From the NCBI GenBank assembly GCA_024278455.1, contig JAJRTE010000237.1, positions 2,955 through 66,954 of the forward strand: DNA of 64,000 nucleotides. The letters are read 5' to 3'. The translations under genes and the position numbers were made by a program. The first letter of the stretch is position 1. Each line of letters begins with the position of its first letter. The stretch comes from Myxococcota bacterium. Its GTDB lineage: Bacteria > Myxococcota_A > UBA796 > JAJRTE01. Positions 27,697-38,202 of the stretch are shown piece after piece. Under the pieces are notes generated by a model. The model was not told the DNA's origin. It saw only the letters and a list, made by a program, of their open reading frames with translations, and did not search any database.

Positions 27697-29679
27697 CTAT
27701 TGCCTGGCGAGTCGCTTGAACGGCAACCAGGCGAGCAGGTAGATCAGGATTGGATAGACCAGGAGACTCCAGAGGAAATGCGGCGAAACGGCGTTGGCAA
27801 GGGACGCCCTCAACCCCTTGAGCCACTCGGATTGTTCGGAACCGAGCACGAAGAAGGCGATGATGACCGCCATGAGCGCCTGGCCGGCGATTAACCCGGA
27901 GGAGAGCAAGATACCCGAATTCTCGGCTGCGACGCGCTGCTCTTCACTCAACCGCTGCCTCTTCGCCCGGACGTCGAAGATCCACCGGATCACCCCCCCC
28001 ACGAAGATGGCCGCCGTCGACTCGAACGGCAGGTACATCCCAACAGCAATCAACATGGGAGACGGCGACTTGATCAGGATCAGGCCCAGGGCGAAGAACA
28101 TGCCGACGATCACCAGGGGCCACGCCATCTGGCCGCCGACGATTCCCTGGGCCATCAGGGCCATGAGGCCCGCCTGGGGCGCCGGAAGTTCGGTAGACCC
28201 GATGTGGTAGACACGGTCCAGGGCAGCCAGCGGGAAAGCCAGCACCGACGCCGCCACGACGACGCCGATGATCTCCCCGATCTCCATCTTCCACTGCGTG
28301 CCCCCCAGGATGTGCCCGACCTTCAAGTCTTGCATCATGTCGCCCGCGATCCCCGCCGCACAACAGACGATACCCGCCACACCGAGCACCGCGGCAACGC
28401 CGTCGATACCGGTCACCCCGATCATGACCATCAGGACGGCCGATATCAGCAGGGCACTCAACGTCAGACCCGAGATGGGATTGTTGGAACTGCCTATCAG
28501 ACCCACCAGGTAGCCCGCGACGGCAGCGAAGAGGAATCCCAGGATGATCATCACCACGGTCAACAGCAACGCTCCGCCCGTGGACTCGGAAAAGTAGCGG
28601 TAGAGGAAGAAGACGGGAATAGCCATCAACCCGATAGCAAGAAACACCTTCTTGAAGTTCAGATCGATCTCGGTCCGATCCGTTTCACCGTCTCCACCCT
28701 TGGCCGCTCCGATGTCCTTCAGAGCGTTGCGGATACCATCCACGAGCGGTCCGCGAAGGTTGTACAGCGTGTAGAAGGCGGCCACGATCATGGTCCCGAC
28801 GGCCAACGGCCGAATCTGCTTGCTCCACACGGCCATCGCCAGGTCGACGGAATCCTGCCCTTCGGCCAGCAGAGCGGGCAACGCGGGGTTCAGGAACATG
28901 GCGAGGGGCACCAGGAGCAACCACCCCAGGACAGCGCCCGCGAACAGTACCGCGGACACCCGGGTCCCGACGATGAATCCCACACCCATGAGAGCAGGGG
29001 AGGCAGCAGGCGTCTCCAGGAACAGCCCGCCCGAATACTTCAGGGTGGTCTCCTTCGCCCGGTCGGTGAAGAACGTGATGGCCGACGACCCCAGGTTCAC
29101 GAACTTGTGCGCGCTTTCCTGGACGAGATAGACCCCGTACTGGTTCTTGAACAACTCCCAGAGACCCGCGAACCCCATGGCGCCGAACACGAGCGACGCT
29201 CCTGTCTGCCCTCCCTGGCCGGCCTTGACGATCTCCGCGGCCGCCACACTCTCCGGGAAAGGCAGGTCCGCATCGACCACAAGAGTCCGCCGGAGCACGA
29301 TCACGAACAACACCCCGAGCACGCCGCCGATCGTCATGATGGCCGTGCTCTCCAGGTAGTGCAGGTTCTCCCACGCCCCCGCGATGACGAATGCGGGAAG
29401 CGTGAAGATCGCGCCCGCCACCAACGCCTCCCCGACCGACGCCGTGGTTCGTGCGATGTTCTCCTCGAGGATAGTCCCCTTGAGCCCCCTCAAGGCCGCC
29501 ATGGCAACGACGGCGGCCGGAAACGTCGCGGCAACGGTCAGACCGGCCTTCATGCCAAGGTAGGCATTGGCCGCACCCAGCACTGCGGCCATGACGACGC
29601 CCAGCAACACTGCCTTGACCGTCAGCTCCGCCATGTTCGAGGATGCCGGTACGTAGGGCGTATGCGGTCTCTTCTCCAT
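27697..29679 (-). CDS. OPT family oligopeptide transporter
   Basis: ANAYLGMKAGLT, FPESVAAAEI, GSSNNPISG, MMQDLKVG, LPAPQA. Confidence 0.92.
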   Translation of the reverse strand: MEKRPHTPYVPASSNMAELTVKAVLLGVVMAAVLGAANAYLGMKAGLTVAATFPAAVVAMAALRGLKGTILEENIARTTASVGEALVAGAIFTLPAFVIAGAWENLHYLESTAIMTIGGVLGVLFVIVLRRTLVVDADLPFPESVAAAEIVKAGQGGQTGASLVFGAMGFAGLWELFKNQYGVYLVQESAHKFVNLGSSAITFFTDRAKETTLKYSGGLFLETPAASPALMGVGFIVGTRVSAVLFAGAVLGWLLLVPLAMFLNPALPALLAEGQDSVDLAMAVWSKQIRPLAVGTMIVAAFYTLYNLRGPLVDGIRNALKDIGAAKGGDGETDRTEIDLNFKKVFLAIGLMAIPVFFLYRYFSESTGGALLLTVVMIILGFLFAAVAGYLVGLIGSSNNPISGLTLSALLISAVLMVMIGVTGIDGVAAVLGVAGIVCCAAGIAGDMMQDLKVGHILGGTQWKMEIGEIIGVVVAASVLAFPLAALDRVYHIGSTELPAPQAGLMALMAQGIVGGQMAWPLVIVGMFFALGLILIKSPSPMLIAVGMYLPFESTAAIFVGGVIRWIFDVRAKRQRLSEEQRVAAENSGILLSSGLIAGQALMAVIIAFFVLGSEQSEWLKGLRASLANAVSPHFLWSLLVYPILIYLLAWLPFKRLARQ

Positions 29680-29998
29680 GTTCTCCCCCGGACACAAGAG
29701 GTTGCGCCATCGATGACAGAGGCACTCTATCACCGGATCCTGCAATGGGCAAGGGCAACTTGCCGTGAGCGCTCCCGTACCCCTTCCAGCCCCGGGCCTG
29801 CATGGGATCCGGCCGCACGTCCGTTGCGCTCCTTGCGGACTTCTGCCACACATTCCCTTCGTCGTGGGGTCGTTCGCCCCAACGCCCGAGATCGATGTTT
29901 CCTCCCCACCGCGGCGGTGACGGGTCCATCTCGTCGCCACCACAGTCGAACCGGGGAATCGCGGCCCGGTGGTTCGTTCTCGAGCGGCGTCCGGGCTC

Positions 29999-30014
29999 TG
30001 GCACAGGCCTTGCA
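29999..30014 (+). promoter_or_regulatory. sigma54 promoter for htrA
   Basis: TGGCACA-GGCC-TTGCA, near consensus. Confidence 0.75.
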
Positions 30015-30146
30015 TATTCCACGGGGCGGACAGCAGGTTTGCACAGACTTCGGTTCAGTCCGCTGCCGGCGCTCCGCACGGTGCCGCCGGGAGTCGCTCA
30101 CTGGTAACCTCGGAGATTCATCCTACAGTTTCAAGGGGATCAGACC

Positions 30147-31655
30147 ATGATGGCAAGACACGGAAACAACAAACGAAGGGGAGTCGTTATCGCCGGCCTT
30201 CTCGTCGGCCTCATCGCCGGCGTGGCGATTGCTCAGTTCGCAAGACCCAACCTCGCTCCGGCCGCGGCGACAGTGGCTTCGCCCGAGGCCAGGAAGGGTA
30301 TCGAAACCTTGCGGGAATTCAGTGACGCGTTCACAGCGGTCGCGGAATCCGCCAAGCCTGCCGTGGTCAGCATCGTCGTGGAGAAGAGACGGCAGGGCTG
30401 GTCCCGCGGGCCGGCACCGGCACGCGGCCAGAGCGGACCACAGGTCAATCCCTTCGAAGGCACGCCTTTCGAGTTCTTCTTCTTTGGCCCGCACGACTTC
30501 TCCTCTCGCCAACCTCCCACTGTCAAGGGTGGCGGCAGCGGCATGATCGTGCGGCCTGACGGCATGATCCTCACCTGCAACCACGTGGTCGATGGCGCCG
30601 ACAAGATAACCGTGTACCTGTCGGATGGGCGTGAGTTCCCTGCGACGATCAAGGGCACGGACCCCAAGACGGACCTGGCGGTCATCGCCGTGGATGCCAA
30701 GAACCTGCCCACCGTGACCCTCGGAGACTCGGACAAGACGCGCGTCGGGGAGTGGGTCGTCGCCATGGGCAGCCCCTACGGCTTCGACTACACGGTCACC
30801 GCAGGCATCGTCAGCGCCAAGGGAAGGCGCGTGACCGGGGGGGAGAAGTACGAGGATTTCATCCAGACAGACGCATCGATCAATCCCGGCAATTCCGGCG
30901 GCCCACTCCTCAACCTCGACGGGGAGGTGATCGGCATCAACACCATGATCGCTGGAATCGGTACCGGCATCGGCTTCGCCGTCCCCTCGAGCCTCGCGAA
31001 GACCGTCGTCGACCAGCTCGTGTCCACCGGCAAGGTCGTCCGCCCCTGGATCGGGGTCGGTATCCAGCCGATCACAGAGGAAATGGTCTCCTTCCTCAAG
31101 CTCGACGAACGCAAGGGCGCCCTCGTCAGCCAGGTCTACAGCGGCAGCCCGGCGGAGAAAGCGGGTCTCGAGGTCGGCGATGTCATCATCCGGGTCGACG
31201 ACACCGGCATCGACGATCCGGACACGCTGGTGCGAACCGTACTCCGCCACGAAGTGGGTGACGACCTGAAGCTCCTCGTGGTCCGAAACGGGAAGGAGAA
31301 GCGCCTCGAGGTCAAGACCGGGGTCATGCCCGACGAGCCTTCGGGTTCCGGCGTGGCCGGCACCGGGAAGGTCCCCGCGTTCGGAGTCGAAGTCCAGGAC
31401 CTGACTTCCGAAATGGCCGGAGCGATGGGCATCGGGACCGAGGGCGGTGTCGTGGTGACCGGTGTGACGCCCGGTTCTCCAGCCGATCAGTCGGGCATCC
31501 AACGGGGTGATGTCATTCTCGAGGTCAACCGGCAACCGGTGGAGTCTGTTTCGAGCTTCCTCGAGGCAGCCAGCAAGGCGACCGGCGACACGGCACTGCT
31601 GCTGATTGGTCGAGACGGCCGTACCTTCTTCGTTCAGTTGCGTATCAGCCATTGA
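30147..31655 (+). CDS. htrA: HtrA/DegP-type serine protease with two PDZ domains
   Basis: GSGMIV..DG.ILTCNHV, TDLAVI, IQTDASINPGNSGGPL. Confidence 0.95.
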   Translation: MMARHGNNKRRGVVIAGLLVGLIAGVAIAQFARPNLAPAAATVASPEARKGIETLREFSDAFTAVAESAKPAVVSIVVEKRRQGWSRGPAPARGQSGPQVNPFEGTPFEFFFFGPHDFSSRQPPTVKGGGSGMIVRPDGMILTCNHVVDGADKITVYLSDGREFPATIKGTDPKTDLAVIAVDAKNLPTVTLGDSDKTRVGEWVVAMGSPYGFDYTVTAGIVSAKGRRVTGGEKYEDFIQTDASINPGNSGGPLLNLDGEVIGINTMIAGIGTGIGFAVPSSLAKTVVDQLVSTGKVVRPWIGVGIQPITEEMVSFLKLDERKGALVSQVYSGSPAEKAGLEVGDVIIRVDDTGIDDPDTLVRTVLRHEVGDDLKLLVVRNGKEKRLEVKTGVMPDEPSGSGVAGTGKVPAFGVEVQDLTSEMAGAMGIGTEGGVVVTGVTPGSPADQSGIQRGDVILEVNRQPVESVSSFLEAASKATGDTALLLIGRDGRTFFVQLRISH

Positions 31656-31793
31656 TCCGCACCGATTCCGCACGCATCGTCCGTCCTGCCGTCCTCCCTG
31701 GTTCTACCTCCCGCCTCGACTCCGTCGGCCAGCACCGACAATCGACAACATGCGCACGCCGTCGTCCCCAAGAGAACTGTCGCATTCACCGAG

Positions 31794-33119
31794 CTACGCC
31801 TCCTTCAACTTACGGTAGAGCGTCCGCTCGCTTATCCCGAGGACGGCTGCGGTGGATTGACGGTTTCCTCCCATGGCAGCCAGCACTTCCAGGATGTACT
31901 CCTCCTCCACTTCCCTGAGAGGGCGAAACCGGCTGGGAGTCCCCGGCCGCATCGATCGGATCTCGGGGGGGAGGTGCTCGACGCCAATCGTACCCTCGTC
32001 CGCGAGAATGACCGCACGCTCAACGGCATGGAGAAGCTCCCGGACGTTCCCGGGCCAGGCGTAGGTGGCAAGCGCCTGTTTGACCTGCGGCGAGAATCGG
32101 GTTGCCCTGCCGTAGCGGACATTGCACCGGTCGAGAAAGTGTTGTGCCAGAACGAGCACGTCCTCCCGCCGGTCTCTCAAGGGGGGGACTTCCATGCGAA
32201 CGGTGCTCAGGCGATAGTAGAGATCGGTCCGGAAAAACCCTTTCTTCATCAACTCCTCGAGGTTGCGGTTGGTGGCGGCGACGATGCGTACATCGACCTG
32301 GATCTCCTTGGTGCCACCGACCTGCCTGAATCGACCGGTCTCCAGCACGCGCAGGAGCTTCACCTGGGTCGCGAGACTCACATCGCCGATCTCGTCCAGG
32401 AAAAGTGTCCCGCCGTCCGCAACCTCAAACAGGCCGTGCTTGTGTTGAACGGCTCCGGTATAGGCGCCCCTGACGTGCCCGAACAGTTCACTGTGCAGCA
32501 GTTCTTCCTGCAACGCGGCGCAGCACACGACGACGAAAGGTTGTCGCGCCCGCCGGCTCCGGTTGTGGAGCAGTCTGGCGATAACGTCCTTGCCCACCCC
32601 GGTCTCCCCGGTCACCAGGACGGAAGCGTCCGTCACCGCCACTCGATCGACCACGGACTTCAGGTTACGAAACGCCTCGCTGACGCCGATGACTTCGCCC
32701 TCGACACTTGGTGGGGCGAACCCGTCCGTGAGTATGGCGTTGCGAGCGACCAGCCCCCTGCGCTCCAGTGCGCGGTTCAAGGTCACTTCCAGCTCGTCGG
32801 TGGAACACGGCTTCCGAATGTAGTCGAACGCGCCCAGCCGCATCGCCTCGATCGCCGTGTCGATCGTGCCGTGACCGGTGAGCACCACGACTTCCGTCGA
32901 CGGCTGCTCCTCCTGAACGATTCGGAGGAGATCCAATCCCGAGCCATCGGGAAGCCGGAGGTCGAACAGTCCCACCGCGACTTCTTGCTCGGTGATCTTC
33001 CGGCGAGCTTCCTTCACGCTTGCCGCGTCCGCGACATGGAAGCCTCGAGCCGAAAGTTCGACGCGCAGGAGTCGCCGCAAGGTGGCGTCATCGTCGACCA
33101 CGAGAATCAGATTGGACAT
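31794..33119 (-). CDS. sigma54-dependent response regulator (NtrC family bEBP)
   Basis: REC domain; GETGVGK; ELFGHVRGAYTGA; FLDEIGD; WPGNVREL; Fis-type HTH. Confidence 0.95.
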   Translation of the reverse strand: MSNLILVVDDDATLRRLLRVELSARGFHVADAASVKEARRKITEQEVAVGLFDLRLPDGSGLDLLRIVQEEQPSTEVVVLTGHGTIDTAIEAMRLGAFDYIRKPCSTDELEVTLNRALERRGLVARNAILTDGFAPPSVEGEVIGVSEAFRNLKSVVDRVAVTDASVLVTGETGVGKDVIARLLHNRSRRARQPFVVVCCAALQEELLHSELFGHVRGAYTGAVQHKHGLFEVADGGTLFLDEIGDVSLATQVKLLRVLETGRFRQVGGTKEIQVDVRIVAATNRNLEELMKKGFFRTDLYYRLSTVRMEVPPLRDRREDVLVLAQHFLDRCNVRYGRATRFSPQVKQALATYAWPGNVRELLHAVERAVILADEGTIGVEHLPPEIRSMRPGTPSRFRPLREVEEEYILEVLAAMGGNRQSTAAVLGISERTLYRKLKEA

Positions 33120-35022
33120 TGTCGGCCATCCCTTCGCGCTCCGGCATGCCGGAGAACGTGACGGTGAAGGTTGTCCCGCGACCCGCTTGGCTCTTCACCT
33201 CGATATCGCCTCCCCACCGTCTCGCGAGGTTGAGAGAGACGAACAGCCCGAGGCCGGTTCCCCGTTTCTTGCGGGTAAAAAAGGGCTCAAAGATGGATGC
33301 GACATCTTCCTGCGAAATACCACACCCGTCGTCCTGCACGATGATCGCCGGGGCCGGGGCCGTGGCAAACGATATCTCCACCCGCCCGCCAGGCTGGCAC
33401 GCCTCGATGGCGTTCATCACGAGGTTCAACAGCACTTGGAGCACGGCGGCGGCGTTTGCAAGGACCGAGGAGGCAGGAGGGCACCCGGCCACGTCGACGC
33501 GGATGCCGGATGCCTCGGCCTTGTGCCTGGACAACCGAACCGCTGTCGAGACGCATTGCTCCAGGGACACCGCCTCGAGACTGAAAGCCTCCCCCCTGGC
33601 GAGTTGGAGGAACTGGTGCGTGATGCCCCCGCACCGCTGAACCTGGGTGGCAGCGATGTCGGCCAACTCCACCATGGTGGTTCGGTCCGGTCCGCTCCCC
33701 ATCGATCCAGACTTCAGCAGCCGTCGTATCCCGTCGATGCACGTACCGATCGACGCCAGCGGCGTGTTGACCTCGTGTGAGAAGCCGGATGCCAGCATGC
33801 CCAACGAGACGAGGCGCTGGTACTCTGCCATCCGTGCTTCTGCACTCCTACGCTCCGTAATGTCCCGCCACACCTCCACCACATGCGTCACGGTCCCATC
33901 GTCCGAAAGCACTGGTGAGGCCAGCACTTCCTCCTGCCGTGTCGAACCGTCGGCAAGGACTCGAGTCCTCAACGCGACCTGCGCGGCGCCGGAGTCGAAG
34001 CAGGCGAGCGCCGGACACGATGCGCCACGTGCCTCACCCGAACACCGCCCATCCCCGTCGTGATCGGCATAGCACTTTCGTCCGGTCAACTCATGCCTGT
34101 CAACGCCGAACCGCTTCAAGAATGCATCATTGGCGGCCACGATCTTCCTTTCGGGATCCAGAACCACCATGCCATCGTCAACGCTGTTGAGTACACGGTT
34201 CAAACTCGCCCGCTGCTGGCGAAGCTGCGCAAGTGCGCTGCACAACGAGTCCGCCATGGTGTTGAACTGGTTCTCGAGGCGGGTCAGCGAGTCGTTGCCT
34301 TCCACCGGTACGCGACTCTCCAGGTCGCCGCTGGCCAGTGAACAGGTGGCGGCTTCGAAACGATACAGGCGCTTGAGCAAGAGGTTCCGAACCACGTAGC
34401 CCATCCCCATCAGCAATAGAAGGCCCACAACGCTCGTGGCCACACCAAGCACGACGATCGTCCGCCTGATCGCACGCATGGTACCGCCGAGCGATGCATC
34501 GACGACGACCAATCCATTGATCCGGTGCGACGGATCGTGGCACCCGTGACACGCAGGACGGTTCAGCACGGGAAGCACGCACCTGAGCACGTCTCCCGTT
34601 CCCGTCTCCAGAACCGTGGTTCGCGTTCTGGCCTCCGGCGGTTTCGAGTGGCACACACGACACGTCGGGGAGTCCTGGGAGAAGTGGGACCCCTGTATCT
34701 CCGGGTCCGAACTGAAGTTCACCTCTCCCTCGCGGTTGAGAATCATCACGCGCTCGAACGACTTCTCCCGTGCGAAATTATCCACCAGTTCCCGCATCAT
34801 CCGGTAGTCCTTTTCCAGCATCTGACGCTCGAGCGCCTGGCTGATCAACGCGGTTTCGACGACGAAGTGTTCGCGGGACTTGTCGATGAGCAGGCTGAAG
34901 ACGAAGTTCTGGACGAGGAAGAAGCTGACTCCCTGGCACGCAATCACGATGGCCGCGCTTGCCAGGCCGAGTTTCCAACTCAGCCGGTCGATCTTGGGGA
35001 GCTTCATTCGCGGTCTCGTCAT
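33088..35022 (-). CDS. Sensor histidine kinase: periplasmic domain with two CxxCH, HAMP, PAS, HisKA/HATPase
   Basis: Two TMs flanking CRVCH and CHGCH; SHEVNTPL; QVLLNLVMNA; DDGCGI; GTGLGL. Confidence 0.92.
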   Translation of the reverse strand: MTRPRMKLPKIDRLSWKLGLASAAIVIACQGVSFFLVQNFVFSLLIDKSREHFVVETALISQALERQMLEKDYRMMRELVDNFAREKSFERVMILNREGEVNFSSDPEIQGSHFSQDSPTCRVCHSKPPEARTRTTVLETGTGDVLRCVLPVLNRPACHGCHDPSHRINGLVVVDASLGGTMRAIRRTIVVLGVATSVVGLLLLMGMGYVVRNLLLKRLYRFEAATCSLASGDLESRVPVEGNDSLTRLENQFNTMADSLCSALAQLRQQRASLNRVLNSVDDGMVVLDPERKIVAANDAFLKRFGVDRHELTGRKCYADHDGDGRCSGEARGASCPALACFDSGAAQVALRTRVLADGSTRQEEVLASPVLSDDGTVTHVVEVWRDITERRSAEARMAEYQRLVSLGMLASGFSHEVNTPLASIGTCIDGIRRLLKSGSMGSGPDRTTMVELADIAATQVQRCGGITHQFLQLARGEAFSLEAVSLEQCVSTAVRLSRHKAEASGIRVDVAGCPPASSVLANAAAVLQVLLNLVMNAIEACQPGGRVEISFATAPAPAIIVQDDGCGISQEDVASIFEPFFTRKKRGTGLGLFVSLNLARRWGGDIEVKSQAGRGTTFTVTFSGMPEREGMADNVQSDSRGRR

Positions 35023-35298
35023 GCCGGAGGCTCATGGTGTGCACGCCCGAACGGCCCCGGCAAGTGTCGCTCTCCCGGTTACGGGCGACACGCGCTGGAG
35101 GGGCAAGCCCGCCTGTCGCCATTCGCTGTCCGGGAGGACATGTCGGCGGAACGCCTGGCTCGACGAATCTCCCCCCGGCTCACGGCCGTCATGCGCTGTG
35201 GCCCGCGCTACGCGCGATGTGAACGCATAGTGCTCTCCGCGGACGACGCTCCCCCGCCCCCCGCAGCCGGACCTGGCGGCACGAAGATGCTGGAGCGC

Positions 35299-36546
35299 TC
35301 ACCCCTCGGCTTCCACCGTCCGGCGGGACGGCCCGCCAAGGTGCGTATCCTTGTGGAACTCCCCCTGCGTAATCCTGAGAGCGACCTTGGCCATGAAGGT
35401 GAACAGGAGGAACCCGACGCCGAAAACCCCGACGGCTACCATCACTTCCACCCGGCTAGGTGAATACTCGTAGATCTCGCCCAGGACCGAGGGTGTGAAA
35501 CCGGGCACGACCAGGGCGATCCCTTTTTCGATGTAGACGCCTCCATATATCATTATCGCACCAAGGTTCAACGTAACAAGGTTCTTGCGCGTCGCCGGCA
35601 CCAGGAAGAGAACGAAAGCTCCGACGCTGAGCACAATCGACAGCCAGGCATAGGGAACCAGCCGGTTGTGCTCTCCTATTCCAGTGAAGAGGTACTCCGT
35701 GAAGAGGAGGTGGTGCGTGCCGGAGTAGTACTCTCTGAATACCTCGGCACCGAAAAGGAAAAGGTTGATGAACATCGCGTAGGCCATCAACTCGGCAATC
35801 TTCCAGATCGCATCCATCTTGAGGTCCAACCCACCGTATTTCCTCAAGAACTGCAAGAGAATGATCATGATGGCCGGCCCGGAGCAGAACGCCGACGCCA
35901 GGAATCGAGGGGCGAGAATGGCCGAATTCCAATAGGGACGGGCGGGCAGCCCGTTGTACAAGAAGGCAGTCACCGTGTGGATGGCTACCGCGGCAGGAAT
36001 GGAGAACAGCACGAGCGGTGTCACGAAAGCGCGGTGGTACGCCTTCCTGGAGAACCCACAATAGAGGAGATGGGTGGCGATCACGAAGTTCAACACGCCG
36101 TACAGGGAGAGCACGAGCACGTCCCAGGCGAGCAGAGAACTCGGGAAGTTCAAGTTCCCGACAACCGGCACAAGGTGCAGGACACGATCGGGGCGCCCGA
36201 TGTCCACGGTGACGAAAAGCACGCACATGACGATGGCGCTGATCGCCAGGAGTTCGCCGAAGATGACTATTTCCTTTATTGGCTTCCACTGGTAGAGATA
36301 GGCCGGGATCACCAGGATGACGGCGGCGGCGGCAACGCCCACGAGAAACGTGAAGTTGCCGATGTAGAATCCCCAGGACACCGGGTCCCGCATGTGGGTC
36401 ACGATCAGTCCCCCGCTCGCCTGCTCGAGGTACCCGACCGTTCCGACGACGATGCACAAGACGAGGAAGCCTACCCAGGCCCAGTAGACCCGGTTCCCCT
36501 TCAAGACAATCTTGAGGCTCCCGAGATAGAATCGATAGAATTGCAT
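35299..36546 (-). CDS. NrfD/PsrC family quinone-interacting membrane subunit
   Basis: WGFYIGNFTFLVGVAAAAV, DIGRPDR, IHTVTAF, LAPRFLASAF. Confidence 0.88.
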   Translation of the reverse strand: MQFYRFYLGSLKIVLKGNRVYWAWVGFLVLCIVVGTVGYLEQASGGLIVTHMRDPVSWGFYIGNFTFLVGVAAAAVILVIPAYLYQWKPIKEIVIFGELLAISAIVMCVLFVTVDIGRPDRVLHLVPVVGNLNFPSSLLAWDVLVLSLYGVLNFVIATHLLYCGFSRKAYHRAFVTPLVLFSIPAAVAIHTVTAFLYNGLPARPYWNSAILAPRFLASAFCSGPAIMIILLQFLRKYGGLDLKMDAIWKIAELMAYAMFINLFLFGAEVFREYYSGTHHLLFTEYLFTGIGEHNRLVPYAWLSIVLSVGAFVLFLVPATRKNLVTLNLGAIMIYGGVYIEKGIALVVPGFTPSVLGEIYEYSPSRVEVMVAVGVFGVGFLLFTFMAKVALRITQGEFHKDTHLGGPSRRTVEAEG

Positions 36547-36553
36547 GGCGCCG

Positions 36554-37465
36554 TCAGATCCCGTAGAAGTAGTAGAATTTGGGCTGTGTGTTGATTTCTT
36601 CCTTCAGGATGAACACACGTTTGTTCCGAATCACGTAGTTGATTTCACTCTTCTCGTCCAGGATGTTCCCGAACTTCCGCGCGCCGACCGGGCATATCTC
36701 GACGCAGGCCGGGTAGCGCCCCCGGCGCACACGCTGTATGCAGAACGTGCACTTCTCCACGACGCCCTTGTATCGCGGCCTGTTCCCCAGGTAGTGCGTC
36801 TCCCGATTCATGTCCTCCTGGTCGACGTGCGGCGCCCCCCAGTTGAAATGACGAGCGCCGTATGGGCAGGCCGCCATGCAGTAGCGGCAGCCTATGCACC
36901 AGTCATAGTCCACGACGACTATCCCATCCGGCTCCTGCCAGGTCGCGCCGACGGGACAGACCGTCACACACTGCGGTCGCCGGCACTGCTGGCAGGCGAC
37001 CGGCATGTAGAAATGACCTTCCCGCGGGACCTGCTCCGGGCTGTAGTAGAGGTTCGAATCGTAGATGTCGACACCCTTGAGCTTCTCCAGTTCCAGCACG
37101 CTGATCCACTGGACGGCAGGATCTCTCGATGCGTTGTTCTCCCGGACACAAGCATACACGCACCTTCGGCAGCCGACGCAGCGCGACAGGTCCAGCGCAT
37201 AGGCGAACAGGACACCCTCTCGAGCTGGATCCGCTGAAACGGAAAAAGGCGAACCGTACTTCTCCGTGTAGTCGCGCTCGAGGCGTTCGAGGATGTCGCG
37301 CTTTTCGGCCCTGGAGAGTTCCTTGAAACGACGGTGGAAAAAGGCTTCGCGCGTCGTGACGTCACAACCCGCCAGTCCGCCACCCACCGCTGCGGCAAGG
37401 GCGCCTTTCAAGAACTGCCGGCGCGTCGCCTTGCGCCCACTCCGTCGCCGTGCGTCCGGTTTCAC
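36554..37465 (-). CDS. Tat-exported 4Fe-4S dicluster protein (NrfC/DsrO-like)
   Basis: TRRQFLK twin-arginine motif; CVGCRRC, CQQC...C, CIGCRYC, KCTFC; GTG start. Confidence 0.9.
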   Translation of the reverse strand: MKPDARRRSGRKATRRQFLKGALAAAVGGGLAGCDVTTREAFFHRRFKELSRAEKRDILERLERDYTEKYGSPFSVSADPAREGVLFAYALDLSRCVGCRRCVYACVRENNASRDPAVQWISVLELEKLKGVDIYDSNLYYSPEQVPREGHFYMPVACQQCRRPQCVTVCPVGATWQEPDGIVVVDYDWCIGCRYCMAACPYGARHFNWGAPHVDQEDMNRETHYLGNRPRYKGVVEKCTFCIQRVRRGRYPACVEICPVGARKFGNILDEKSEINYVIRNKRVFILKEEINTQPKFYYFYGI

Positions 37466-37487
37466 GCTTTCGTCTCCTGTCTATCCG

Positions 37488-38186
37488 TCAATGGATGTTC
37501 TCCGGGCGAGGGGGAGGAGGCTTGGGGGTCAGGGGCGGAAATCGCGGTGCGTGAGGATTGTGGCAATGGGCGCACAACAGGTATTCCTTGCGCCCATCCC
37601 ATCGCCCGGTGCGCTTCCCGTGCACCCCCGCCCGCCAATCCCTGAACTTCGGCCCGTGGCACTGACCGCACAACAGATAGGACTCCGTGAACGGGATCGT
37701 CTTCCCACTCGCCAGGCGGAGAACGTCCCGGTTCCCGGGGTTGTGGCAGTCGAAACACCACCGCTCACGAGGACCATGGTGCAGCACGATTTCCTCATGC
37801 TCGTCCTCGAGTTTTCTTGGCTTGGTGTCGACTTCCATGTCGCCGTGACAATCGGAGCAAGGGAATATGCCGTAGCTGAACGGGGGTGGCGGGACCGGGA
37901 ATTCCTCGATCTCCTCCGCCGTTCCGGCAGCCGCCCGTTGCCACTCCGGCACGACCGCCCCCACCTGTTCATGGCCCTGTTGCTCGCGGTCCCTGCCCGC
38001 TTCGGTCGCCAGGGACTCCGCGGGCCCCGTCCCCTCGGCCAGGGTAGGACGACAAGATGGACCCGACAGGAAAGCCAACCCCACCGCGACAGCGCACGCC
38101 AGGGGCGGCACCACTCCTCGCCCCGCCCAGGGACGCTGCCGGCACCAGGCTCCGGGTGTCCACCGCCGTTGAGAACCTACGGGCAT
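37488..38186 (-). CDS. Tetraheme cytochrome c, membrane-anchored
   Basis: CSDCH, CFDCH, CGQCH, CAHCH; AGGAGG RBS; N-terminal hydrophobic segment. Confidence 0.88.
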   Translation of the reverse strand: MPVGSQRRWTPGAWCRQRPWAGRGVVPPLACAVAVGLAFLSGPSCRPTLAEGTGPAESLATEAGRDREQQGHEQVGAVVPEWQRAAAGTAEEIEEFPVPPPPFSYGIFPCSDCHGDMEVDTKPRKLEDEHEEIVLHHGPRERWCFDCHNPGNRDVLRLASGKTIPFTESYLLCGQCHGPKFRDWRAGVHGKRTGRWDGRKEYLLCAHCHNPHAPRFPPLTPKPPPPRPENIH

Positions 38187-38202
38187 CTCGATGTGCCTCC
38201 TG

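Noticed and set aside
29680-29998. Riboswitch in the long gaps before OPT/htrA (also 25664-25933 and 39300-39510)
   Set aside because: No cobalamin, c-di-GMP or other conserved riboswitch core recognised by eye; an Infernal/Rfam scan would settle it
28204-30150. 648-aa plus-strand ORF
   Set aside because: Antisense shadow of the OPT transporter
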